From positions 1,011 to 25,190 of the forward strand of contig CAZKGX010000001.1 of the NCBI GenBank assembly GCA_964552645.1: 24,180 nt of DNA. Reading direction: 5' to 3'. The notes below the pieces were generated by a model. That model ran no database searches. It had not been told where the DNA came from and was given only the letters and a program-made list of their open reading frames with translations. Both the position numbers and the translations under genes were made by a program. This document shows positions 14,288 to 23,346 of this stretch, one piece after another. How positions within the stretch are numbered: the first letter of the stretch is position 1; each line of letters opens with the position of its first letter. The stretch is from an uncultured Candidatus Saccharibacteria bacterium (lineage in GTDB: Bacteria; Patescibacteriota; Minisyncoccia; Phycocordibacterales; CAZKGX01).

Positions 14288-15118
14288 ATGGCTATATTTC
14301 ATGTACATGATGAAGAGGGTGGTGGAGAGGGTATTGTGGACGAAAGCACCGAGGCTCATTCACCACATGCTTCGAGAGAAGGAAAAGATGGAAAGGCAGC
14401 AGCGCCTACGCTCTTTATCGTCGGTACACCAATTGGCAATCTCGAAGATATTTCTCTGCGAGCACTTCGTATTCTAAAAGAAGTAGACAGCATTGCCTGC
14501 GAGGACACGCGCATGACTGCAAAAATTCTCTCTCATTACAATGTGCGTGGCGATCAGGGTAATAAAGGCCGTCTCATAAGTTATCATGCACAAAGCGTGC
14601 CGGAAGTGGCCGAGCGCATCCTTTCATTACTTGAAGAAGGGAAGTCTATAGCGCTTGTATCTGATGCGGGAACGCCAGGTATTTCAGATCCTGGCACTGA
14701 GCTTGTAGCTCGTGTGCGCGAGCGGTTTGCTGTGGAACTTGCTGAAGGGAGCATACGTATTGAAGCGGTGCCTGGTCCATCGGCACTCACCGCTGCGCTT
14801 TCAATTGCAGGAGTGCCATGCGCGGACTTTGTCTTCCTTGGTTTTTTGCCGCATAAGAAAGGCCGACAAACATTATTTAATGAAATAGCACAGGAGCAGC
14901 GCACTGTTGTACTCTATGAATCGCCGCATCGCATTATGAAAACATTGGCTTCACTTACTGAACTTCTTGGTCCAGAAAAGAAAGTAACCATTGTGCGCGA
15001 AATATCAAAAATATACGAAGAAGTGCTCACGGGCACAGCAAGCGAGCTTGCCGCAGTCCTTACAAGCAATCCACAGAAGCAAAAGGGTGAATTTGTTGTT
15101 ATAATCAGTACATCATAA
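14288..15118 (+). CDS. rsmI: 16S rRNA (cytidine1402-2'-O)-methyltransferase
   Basis: TLFIVGTPIGNLEDISLRAL, ACEDTR, ALVSDAGTPGISDPG, VPGPSAL, FLGFLPHK, YESPHR, REISKIYEE, KGEFVV. N-terminal extension of about 40 aa; start uncertain. Confidence 0.95.
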   Translation: MAIFHVHDEEGGGEGIVDESTEAHSPHASREGKDGKAAAPTLFIVGTPIGNLEDISLRALRILKEVDSIACEDTRMTAKILSHYNVRGDQGNKGRLISYHAQSVPEVAERILSLLEEGKSIALVSDAGTPGISDPGTELVARVRERFAVELAEGSIRIEAVPGPSALTAALSIAGVPCADFVFLGFLPHKKGRQTLFNEIAQEQRTVVLYESPHRIMKTLASLTELLGPEKKVTIVREISKIYEEVLTGTASELAAVLTSNPQKQKGEFVVIISTS

Positions 15119-15121
15119 TCT

Positions 15122-15760
15122 ATGAATGATGCACCTCTATCACCTCGTCCTTCTCGCAATCTAAGAACGATTTCGCTCTTGGGTCTTATTAGTGCACTGA
15201 TACCTTTTTTCGGTATTCCTTCATCAGCAAAAACAACTCTTACGTTTGCTATCGGCATCGCTATTTTTTCAGTGGCCTTAAGCTCTGAGTCTGGTGCTGT
15301 CGTAAAAAAGATTTTGAGCTATTCGCATCCACGTCTGCGCCCACAGAGAAAAGAGCAGCACGGTGCTGGCGGTCTTGAAACCATTCACAATGTCGAAGCA
15401 GCGAAAAACGTTGCTGCTATGGCCACTTTTGATACGCTTGAAGCGGCTGTTACAGAGACGGTGGGGGTCCATCCGACGGCACACATTGAAGCGGCACATG
15501 TTATACCTCACGGTACTGGTTTAGGTCATATGGAGCACGCTCACACAACGCCAGCCACCACTCCGAGCTCTCCTGCAATCGCAATCACGCACACAAAACC
15601 CCGCGCCCCTCGCAAGCGCCGTGTTGATACGGTGGGCACAGGGGCGCATCCTACTATTGCTAGCACTGCTGCACCAACCAATGATACACCATCATATCCT
15701 GAGCGCCCGCACACAAGCACACCTTCTTCGACCACTACTAATCGTCGCATGAGAATATAA
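15122..15760 (+). CDS. hypothetical protein: two TM helices plus a His/Thr/Pro-rich disordered tail
   Basis: Hydrophobic hairpin at aa about 17-54. 3 nt after the rsmI stop, and its stop overlaps the next ATG. Confidence 0.75.
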   Translation: MNDAPLSPRPSRNLRTISLLGLISALIPFFGIPSSAKTTLTFAIGIAIFSVALSSESGAVVKKILSYSHPRLRPQRKEQHGAGGLETIHNVEAAKNVAAMATFDTLEAAVTETVGVHPTAHIEAAHVIPHGTGLGHMEHAHTTPATTPSSPAIAITHTKPRAPRKRRVDTVGTGAHPTIASTAAPTNDTPSYPERPHTSTPSSTTTNRRMRI

Positions 15761-17052
15761 TGGATTTTTTGGAGAAGACCCAGCGCAAACAAAGGGCATT
15801 TTTGAAGTGGATACAGCGCCGAAAAAAGGCGTCACCACTCTCGGGGGCAAAAAGCAAAAAGGCGCGAGCGGCGCTTTTCCTCGACGCCATTCCAGGACTC
15901 ATCGTTCTCATCGCTTTTGCTGCTTTTCTTTATCTAAACTATGTGACATTGCCTGAAAAATATGCCCTGCGACATACGCAGGCTGATCTTCAACAATATG
16001 CTCCACATACGCGAGGTGTCACTCATATAAATACACCGCACCAGGTAAAGGCTATCTATATGTCGAGTTGGGTTGCTGGTACAAAAAACATTCGTGAGCG
16101 TCTCATAAAGTTGATGGACACGACAGAAATTAATGCTGTCGTCATTGATATTAAGGACTATACCGGCAAGATTTCTTTTGAAGTGCATGATCCAGAACTC
16201 CTTAAAGAGGCGCCTGTGGAGCGTCGCATCAAGGATCTTGGCGCCCTCATCGGCGACCTGCATAAGCGAGGTATTTATGTTATTGGGCGCGTAGCAGCAT
16301 TCCAGGATCCACATATGGTGGCACAGTATCCTGAATTGGCCGTGAAAACACGAGATGGCAACATCTGGAAAGATAGAAAAGGTATTTCATGGATTGATGC
16401 TGGCGCACCGCAAATGTGGAAATACCTCGTTGCTATTGCCAAGGAGTCATATGCGCAAGGCTTTGATGAAATTAACTTCGACTATATACGTTATCCTTCT
16501 GATGGCGATATGGCCGATATGGTGCTTCCTATTACCGGTACGCGACCAAAGCACGAAGTGCTCGGTAATTTCTTTGCATATATAAAAAGTAATATAAAAG
16601 GCAAGCAAACGTACGACGGTCTTGGTAATCCAAAATCTCAAAAAGGGAAGGGCCCGGTCACGTCAGCGGATATTTTCGGTATGACCACTACGTCGCACGA
16701 TGATCTCAATATCGGCCAGCGTTTGGAGGATGCTCTCAAATATTTTGATTATGTGGCGCCTATGGTCTATCCATCTCATTTTCCAGCGCAGTATATGGGC
16801 ATAGCAAGTCCTGCTCATGATCCATATGCCACTATCAAGGTAAGTATGGGCACGGCCGTGAGTCGTGCAAAGGCCGCAAGCACCTCACCTGAAAAATTAC
16901 GTCCATGGCTACAAGATTTTAATCTTGGTGCCGTCTATACACCAACTATGGTGCGCGATCAGATTCGCGCTACCTACGATGTCGGCCTCACTTCTTGGAT
17001 GTTGTGGGATCCAAATAATCGTTATTCTGAAAGCGCACTTCTGCCGAAATAA
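15760..17052 (+). CDS. membrane-anchored putative glycoside hydrolase (DUF4015-like TIM barrel)
   Basis: VKAIY, NAVVIDIKD..G, GFDEINFDYIRYP, SADIFG, DYVAPMVYPSHF, LRPWLQDF, WMLWDP.N.Y; one N-terminal TM helix. Confidence 0.85.
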   Translation: MDFLEKTQRKQRAFLKWIQRRKKASPLSGAKSKKARAALFLDAIPGLIVLIAFAAFLYLNYVTLPEKYALRHTQADLQQYAPHTRGVTHINTPHQVKAIYMSSWVAGTKNIRERLIKLMDTTEINAVVIDIKDYTGKISFEVHDPELLKEAPVERRIKDLGALIGDLHKRGIYVIGRVAAFQDPHMVAQYPELAVKTRDGNIWKDRKGISWIDAGAPQMWKYLVAIAKESYAQGFDEINFDYIRYPSDGDMADMVLPITGTRPKHEVLGNFFAYIKSNIKGKQTYDGLGNPKSQKGKGPVTSADIFGMTTTSHDDLNIGQRLEDALKYFDYVAPMVYPSHFPAQYMGIASPAHDPYATIKVSMGTAVSRAKAASTSPEKLRPWLQDFNLGAVYTPTMVRDQIRATYDVGLTSWMLWDPNNRYSESALLPK

Positions 17053-17140
17053 AACAATAAGAAGAAAAAAGGGCGGAGTATGCTCGTCTCGTCCCTTCAT
17101 TTCCTATTCACTTTTTCTTTAACGGAATTTCATAGCAATC

Positions 17141-17149
17141 TGGTATAAT
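17141..17149 (+). promoter_or_regulatory. extended -10 promoter
   Basis: TGGTATAAT, 8 nt before ATG 17158. Confidence 0.6.
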
Positions 17150-17157
17150 AGGTCGGA

Positions 17158-19089
17158 ATGAACAGTGGATTGTTTGATGAGAATAAAGTCACCTATTTCG
17201 CGGAGACAGATTCACGTAATCGCCGTATGCGTTTTGGTATTAAACGCAAAGATCGTTCTCGTCATATGTATGTCATCGGCAAGACAGGTATGGGTAAATC
17301 AACCCTGCTTGAGAATCTTGCTGTGCAAGACATACAAAATGGCGAAGGTATGGCCTTCATCGATCCTCACGGTAAGAGCGCAGAATTACTCCTCGAATAT
17401 GTCCCTGAAGAGCGCATAAAGGACGTGGTGTATTTTGCGCCCTTTGACATGGATAATCCCATTTCATTCAACATCATGGAGGATGTTGGTGCTGATAAGC
17501 GCCACCTCGTGGTCAATGGCCTCATGAGTACCTTTGAGAAGATCTGGGTCGATGCCTGGTCTGCTCGCATGGCCTATATTTTAAGTAATACACTCCTCGC
17601 TCTCCTCGAATTTCCAAACTCAACCCTCCTTTCGGTGAATCGCATGCTCTCCGACAAAGAGTATCGCAAGCTTGTCGTCGACAATGTCACTGATCCATCA
17701 GTAAAGTCATTCTGGGTAGATGAATTTGCAAAATACACCGATCGCTTTGCCGCAGAAGCAACGCCTGCTATCCAAAACAAAATCGGTCAATTCACCTCTA
17801 ACCCCCTTATTCGCAACATCATCGGTCAGCCAAAATCATCCTTCGATCTGCGCAAGATCATGGACGATAGGAAAATCCTGATCGTGAACCTTTCAAAGGG
17901 TCGTGTAGGTGAAGGAAATGCCAATCTTCTTGGCTCAATGATTATTACCAAGCTCTATTTGGCAGCTATGTCGCGCGCCGATCGTAGCGAAGATGAATTG
18001 AAGAAGCTTCCGCATTTCTACCTTCATGTCGATGAATTTCAATCATTTGCCAATAAATCATTTGCCGATATTTTGTCCGAGGCGCGCAAGTATAAGCTGA
18101 GCCTCATAATGGCGCATCAATACATTGAGCAAATGGAAGAAGAAGTGCGTGCAGCCGTCTTTGGTAACGTCGGCACTATGACTGTCTTTCGTGTAGGTGC
18201 GTACGATGCTGATGTGCTCGAAAAAGAATTTGCACCGCAATTTACCGCTGAAGACCTCGTCAATCTTGGCATTTTCCAAATTTATTTGAAGCTCATGATC
18301 GATGGGGTAAGTTCGCGGCCATTCTCCGCAGTGACTATGCCGCCTATACCTCGGCCAGAGCGTATTTTTAAGGATGCTGTGATTGCTATGTCGCGTACGC
18401 AGTTTGCACATCCGCGTGCCCTTGTTGAAGAGGAAATTCGCAAATGGCATGAACCTATTGCCGTTGTATCAGATAAGAAAAATAAGACGGATGGTGCACA
18501 GAGAAAAGAGGGGAGAGAGGGAACGGTCTTTGTGCCCGCAGCACCTTCGAGTTCAAAGACATATGCTCCTACAGGGCATCAGGGAATGCGATCGGGTACA
18601 GGTGTCACCGCCGAACATAGCCGCTCTCAAACAAGTGCCCCTCGTCCGGTGCATGCTTCGGCACATGCACCAGAAAAGAATACGTCCGCTGCCCCAGCCG
18701 AAATGCGTACGCAAGAGCACCACTTTCCATCGACGCATTCGCATTCTCTCCCACATGAGGCCAAGCCAGTATCTTTGAATGCATTGAAGCAGACGCCTGC
18801 AAAAAATGACGGCAAATCTCGCTCGCCTGAAAATGTATCAGCGCTCAAAGCTGCTCTTGCTTCCGTATTAAAGGATAAAGAGAGCGAGGAAAAAGCATTT
18901 CACCATAAGCCGCATCATGAACAAGGGGAATCTGTTGTTTTGCCACCAGCACCGTCAATAACACCATCTACACCTGTAGCACCTCCACACGGCATGACAC
19001 ACACCTCACATCAAGCACCAACTCCGGCAGCCACACAACCACAAGGTCCCTCAGAAGAAGAAATACAAAACATCCTCCAAGGTAGATAG
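17158..19089 (+). CDS. VirD4/TraD/TrwB-like (HerA/DUF87-type) P-loop ATPase with disordered C-terminal tail
   Basis: HMYVIGKTGMGKS (Walker A), FIDPHG, LHVDEFQSF (Walker B), SEARKYKLSLIMAHQY. About 200 aa of low-complexity tail. Confidence 0.9.
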   Translation: MNSGLFDENKVTYFAETDSRNRRMRFGIKRKDRSRHMYVIGKTGMGKSTLLENLAVQDIQNGEGMAFIDPHGKSAELLLEYVPEERIKDVVYFAPFDMDNPISFNIMEDVGADKRHLVVNGLMSTFEKIWVDAWSARMAYILSNTLLALLEFPNSTLLSVNRMLSDKEYRKLVVDNVTDPSVKSFWVDEFAKYTDRFAAEATPAIQNKIGQFTSNPLIRNIIGQPKSSFDLRKIMDDRKILIVNLSKGRVGEGNANLLGSMIITKLYLAAMSRADRSEDELKKLPHFYLHVDEFQSFANKSFADILSEARKYKLSLIMAHQYIEQMEEEVRAAVFGNVGTMTVFRVGAYDADVLEKEFAPQFTAEDLVNLGIFQIYLKLMIDGVSSRPFSAVTMPPIPRPERIFKDAVIAMSRTQFAHPRALVEEEIRKWHEPIAVVSDKKNKTDGAQRKEGREGTVFVPAAPSSSKTYAPTGHQGMRSGTGVTAEHSRSQTSAPRPVHASAHAPEKNTSAAPAEMRTQEHHFPSTHSHSLPHEAKPVSLNALKQTPAKNDGKSRSPENVSALKAALASVLKDKESEEKAFHHKPHHEQGESVVLPPAPSITPSTPVAPPHGMTHTSHQAPTPAATQPQGPSEEEIQNILQGR

Positions 19090-19113
19090 TTTTTATTAGG
19101 CTATTTATTTCTT

Positions 19114-20748
19114 ATGCATACCTCTTCGCTTAGAGTGTGTTTTCGTTTTACCTGTTCTTTTTTGATCTCGCTGTTTTCTTTAGCTATTCCATATCATGTG
19201 TATGCTTTGAAGATTACTGAAATTATGTTTGATCCGCCCGGGGCGGATACAGGGCGGGAATGGATAGAGGTTTTTAATGATGCTTCAGAGGGCAATACGC
19301 CACTTGCTATTTCTTCTCTGGACCTTAAAGAAGCAGATACGCGACATAAAATCGAAAGTCTCCCTGCTGGAATGCGCGATACAGTAGCAAGCACCATAGA
19401 CCCCCAAAGCTATGCCATTATTGCGGATAATAGTAAGGCATTCCTCATTGATCATCCCGATTTTCAAGGAAGTCTTTTTGAAAGCTCTTTTTCTCTGAAA
19501 AATGACGGAGAGCCTGTTTCGATTATGATCGGCGATGCTATTACTGATACGGTGAATTGGAATAAAGGCGATGCTGATGCTGTGGCAACGAAAAATGCGC
19601 AAGCAAAACAGCAGGCACGCTTAGATCTCCATTATTCGCTGCAATACACTGAAGGAAATTGGGTAATTGCTGAGGCACATCCCGGTAGTGGTACTCTGGT
19701 CCAGGCGCACGATTCCACTTCCGACGCACCTCCATCATCTGAAGAGCCGCATACAAATACTTCGTCAATTACGGTGTCGGAGGGTGCGGCTTCTCCACTG
19801 TCTGTTTCGCCGTTCCCAGACTCTACAACTGCCAATCACAATAGCACCGCAACGCGTTTTCCTGTCGAGCCACAGATATTTGCTCATATCACCACACATC
19901 CTGATACTAAAAACGCCATATACATCGGCGTGCCGCAATTGTTTGCCGCGGAAGCATTAGGGCTCAAGAAAGAGCCACTTTACAATGCTCGCTTTATTTG
20001 GAATTTCGGCGACGGCACGACCGTGGAAGGTAAAAATGTAATGCATGTCTATGCAGCTCCTGGCACGTATGTAGTCTTTCTTGAGGTGGGGGCAGGAGAG
20101 TGGAGTGCTATGGATAGGGTAACGTTCTCTGTGGTGGCACCTCTTTTGTCTCTTTATAAAAACATTTCCTCAGAGCATGGGGAGAATTGTACGGTCCACA
20201 ACGATGGATCGTCATACATCGATATATCAGGCTTTCTTATGCGGGATGAGCGTGCCCTCACGATGTCTACGTCCTCTGCGCCAGCGTCATCATCAAACGA
20301 TAATGGTCTCACAGCACCGCTTGCTTTCACATTTCCTATAGGCTCTCTCATTGCGCCGCATGCATCTATCTCCGTACCTGTGTCTGCCTGCTATGGCGAT
20401 ATGCGAGCGGTTAATAATATGCCCATTGCGCGCCTCACCACAATCAAGGAAATAGCAACATCGTCAGCGGCAGCAGTTACAGCTGTGTCAGTATCTCCAC
20501 AGAAGAAACCTCAACCCTCTCTCAGTCCTCCACATGTATCTGTTGTGCCGAAAAAAAGCGTCACACCAGCGCCGCGCAGCACGCCAGCACCAGTGCATGA
20601 TGCACAGAGCGTTGCGGCCGGTAATGCTGCATTGGCTCATAGTAAAAACAGAGAAGTACAACCACAAATGACCCTCTTTGTAGTCATGGGACTATGCCTT
20701 ATAGCCTCCTTGGGCATCTATTGGAAAAAAGCCTCATTCGGGCTATGA
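19114..20748 (+). CDS. secreted/surface protein with lamin-tail (LTD) and PKD domains and a C-terminal TM anchor
   Basis: Signal-like N-terminus; LKITEIMFDPPGADTGREWIEVFN (LTD); FIWNFGDG..HVYAAPGTYVVFL (PKD); partial second LTD (IDISGF..FTFP.GSLI); C-terminal TM followed by WKK. Confidence 0.85.
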   Translation: MHTSSLRVCFRFTCSFLISLFSLAIPYHVYALKITEIMFDPPGADTGREWIEVFNDASEGNTPLAISSLDLKEADTRHKIESLPAGMRDTVASTIDPQSYAIIADNSKAFLIDHPDFQGSLFESSFSLKNDGEPVSIMIGDAITDTVNWNKGDADAVATKNAQAKQQARLDLHYSLQYTEGNWVIAEAHPGSGTLVQAHDSTSDAPPSSEEPHTNTSSITVSEGAASPLSVSPFPDSTTANHNSTATRFPVEPQIFAHITTHPDTKNAIYIGVPQLFAAEALGLKKEPLYNARFIWNFGDGTTVEGKNVMHVYAAPGTYVVFLEVGAGEWSAMDRVTFSVVAPLLSLYKNISSEHGENCTVHNDGSSYIDISGFLMRDERALTMSTSSAPASSSNDNGLTAPLAFTFPIGSLIAPHASISVPVSACYGDMRAVNNMPIARLTTIKEIATSSAAAVTAVSVSPQKKPQPSLSPPHVSVVPKKSVTPAPRSTPAPVHDAQSVAAGNAALAHSKNREVQPQMTLFVVMGLCLIASLGIYWKKASFGL

Positions 20749-20755
20749 TAGGGCC

Positions 20756-23341
20756 ATGAAAGGCATTAGAAAAAAGCCTTTAGTTGAGCCGTCGTCTCCT
20801 CATGATGAGGGGCAAAATACTTCGAATACACCGATAGTGCCACAGGGGGCGCCTCGCCGCCGTGTGCTTATTTTTTCCCTGACCTATTTTCCTCGTTTTG
20901 TGGCTGGAGCCGAAATTGCAGTTAAGGAAATCACCAAGCGTTTTTCTCCAGAAGATCGTTTTGATTTTGATATGATCACGTTGCGTATCGATCGCAATGC
21001 ACCCAAGGAAGAAGTGATTGAAGGTGTACATATCCATCGCATTGGATACACCGGCTCGCTCCTGCCTGGTGAGCGCACTATTCCATTTCCACTTTCCCTC
21101 AATAAATACCTCTTTCCTTTTTGGGCATGTATAAAGGCTCTTTCATTGCACATTACACAGCCTTTTGATCTGACATGGTCAATCATGGCAAATTATGCTG
21201 GTTTCGCTGCGCTCTTCTTCAAATGGTCTCTCGATGCATTGATTGCTATTGCAAAGGCATTTGCATTTATCAGTCCCGTCGCTCCAAAAATGGAAGCACA
21301 CTCTGGTATTGCGCGCATGCAAGCACTTACCATTCCAAAATTTCTTCTCACCCTGCAAGAAGGTGATCCTCTCTCGCATATAGCAAAGCGCGTCGGCCCG
21401 CTATGGTTTCTCTATAAGGCTATATACAAAAATGCTGATCATATACAGGCCATATCGCACCATTTGAGTCTCATGGCACGTGAGGTGGGCTATATGGGTG
21501 ATGTGACGGTCATATCAAATGGTGTTGATGGTGAGCGTTTTGCTACCGTGGTCGCTCGGACACGTATTGAAGAGATCCGTACTCTGTGGGACACCTATTT
21601 TCACCAAACAGCGCATACAAAAGAAAGTCAGGTCGCAAAAGAAGAGGCGACGGCACAGCACATATCCGCATACTTGCAGCAAGGTGCAGAGCGGGCGCAT
21701 CGTCCTATTTATATTATTTCTACTTCACGTCTTGTCCTCAAAAATGCAGTAGATGATATTGTTCGTGCTCTAACTTTTTTGCCAGAAGAAGTGCGCCTTG
21801 TCGCCTATGGGGTAGGGCCTGATCAGATTGCATTGGAGCAGCTGGCCAAGAAGCACGGTGTGACGCATCGTATTTATTGGCATGGTTTTATCGAACATGA
21901 TCGTCTCCCTGAATTGCTGCAGGCTGCTGATATTTTTGTGCGCCCCTCACTCTCAGAGGGTTTTGGTAATTCATTTATTGAGGCTATGGCCGCTGGTATT
22001 CCGGTCGTAGGTACGGCCGTGGGAGGTATTGCTGATTTTCTTACGGATGAGAATGGCTATATTGTGCAGCCGCGCCATCCTGAAAGTATTGCACAGGCCA
22101 TTTCACATATCATTGAGCATCCGCGTATTGCTGCGCGTAAGGTAAATGAGGCGCAAACACTCGCTCTTTCGAAGTATGACTGGAAGCGGGTAGTCGCAGA
22201 TATGAAAGCACTTTTTGAAAGTATGTTTATTAAAAATAAGAAGCAGCCCACAGAAGAGGGGCAGGCTGCTGCATCTGGCAATGAGAACATCTCGACCGAG
22301 AAATCTGCGTATGGGCCGCTTCGCTTTTTTATTGCCACCGGCATATATCCGCCTGATATCGGTGGCCCGGCGCAATATGCAAAGCAGCTCACAGAGTCGC
22401 TTCGCCAGCAAGGCTATCCTACTGAGGTTGCCTCATTTACCTTTGAGAAAAAAATGCCGACGGGCATTCGACATCTCTTTTATTTTTTCAAAATTATTCC
22501 GCAGATTATTCGGGCCGATGTTGTGATTGGGCTCGATACGTTTAGTGCAGCATTGCCAGCCATGTTCGCCGCGCGTCTTTTTAGGCGTCCATTTATGGTG
22601 CGTACGGGAGGGGATTTTTTGTGGGAAGGCTATGTAGAGCGTACAGGGCATCTTATTTTGCTCAAAGATTTTTATGGTCGCATTGAAGGTAATCTCGAAT
22701 TGCTTTCACTGAAAGAAAAAGAAATCTTCCGTGGCATTCGTATGCTCTTTGCTGGGGCAGATGCAATTGTGTGGAGCACCAATTGGCAGAGGGATATTTT
22801 TGCACGACCATATGGCATCAGTGTGGAGAAGAGTTTTATTGTTGAGAATGCCTATGGGCAAAGGCTTTCACCGCGCCCTGTGCCGGAGAAAAAAGTATTT
22901 TTTGCCGCCACACGTCCGCTCAAATGGAAGAATGCCGATCGTCTTCGAATTGCATTTGAACACGCCAAAACAAAAGTGCCAGATATTGAGCTCGCCCTTG
23001 ATATTGTTCCTGACCATCAATTTTTGGAGGCATTGCGGGCATCCTATGCAGTTATCTTGCCTTCGCTTGGTGATATTAGCCCCAATACCATTATGAATGC
23101 CATTCGCTGCGGCGTGCCATTTATTGTGACGCGCGAGACGGGCATTTATGAACGCATCAAAGAATGTGCCATTTTTGTAGATCCAGAAAATACTGATGAT
23201 ATAGAGCGGGCTATTATCTGGCTTTCTGATCCGCACAATTATGCAGAGCAGAGCCGTAAGGTCGCCGCTTTTGCATTTACTAGAACATATGACGATATTG
23301 CCGCAGACATGGTGCGTATTGCTCGCACGATCGTTCGATAA
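20756..23341 (+). CDS. tandem fusion of two GT4 (GT-B) glycosyltransferases
   Basis: Module 1: YFPRFVAGAE..PSLSEGFGNSFIEAMAAG. Module 2: TGIYPPDIGGPA..PSLGDISPNTIMNAIRCG. TATGAT lies 6 nt before the ATG. Confidence 0.88.
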   Translation: MKGIRKKPLVEPSSPHDEGQNTSNTPIVPQGAPRRRVLIFSLTYFPRFVAGAEIAVKEITKRFSPEDRFDFDMITLRIDRNAPKEEVIEGVHIHRIGYTGSLLPGERTIPFPLSLNKYLFPFWACIKALSLHITQPFDLTWSIMANYAGFAALFFKWSLDALIAIAKAFAFISPVAPKMEAHSGIARMQALTIPKFLLTLQEGDPLSHIAKRVGPLWFLYKAIYKNADHIQAISHHLSLMAREVGYMGDVTVISNGVDGERFATVVARTRIEEIRTLWDTYFHQTAHTKESQVAKEEATAQHISAYLQQGAERAHRPIYIISTSRLVLKNAVDDIVRALTFLPEEVRLVAYGVGPDQIALEQLAKKHGVTHRIYWHGFIEHDRLPELLQAADIFVRPSLSEGFGNSFIEAMAAGIPVVGTAVGGIADFLTDENGYIVQPRHPESIAQAISHIIEHPRIAARKVNEAQTLALSKYDWKRVVADMKALFESMFIKNKKQPTEEGQAAASGNENISTEKSAYGPLRFFIATGIYPPDIGGPAQYAKQLTESLRQQGYPTEVASFTFEKKMPTGIRHLFYFFKIIPQIIRADVVIGLDTFSAALPAMFAARLFRRPFMVRTGGDFLWEGYVERTGHLILLKDFYGRIEGNLELLSLKEKEIFRGIRMLFAGADAIVWSTNWQRDIFARPYGISVEKSFIVENAYGQRLSPRPVPEKKVFFAATRPLKWKNADRLRIAFEHAKTKVPDIELALDIVPDHQFLEALRASYAVILPSLGDISPNTIMNAIRCGVPFIVTRETGIYERIKECAIFVDPENTDDIERAIIWLSDPHNYAEQSRKVAAFAFTRTYDDIAADMVRIARTIVR

Positions 23342-23346
23342 TTTCT

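Noticed and set aside
17158-19089. Conjugative element / ICE
   Set aside because: No relaxase, VirB4, integrase or att boundaries nearby, and the gene is embedded among chromosomal-type genes.
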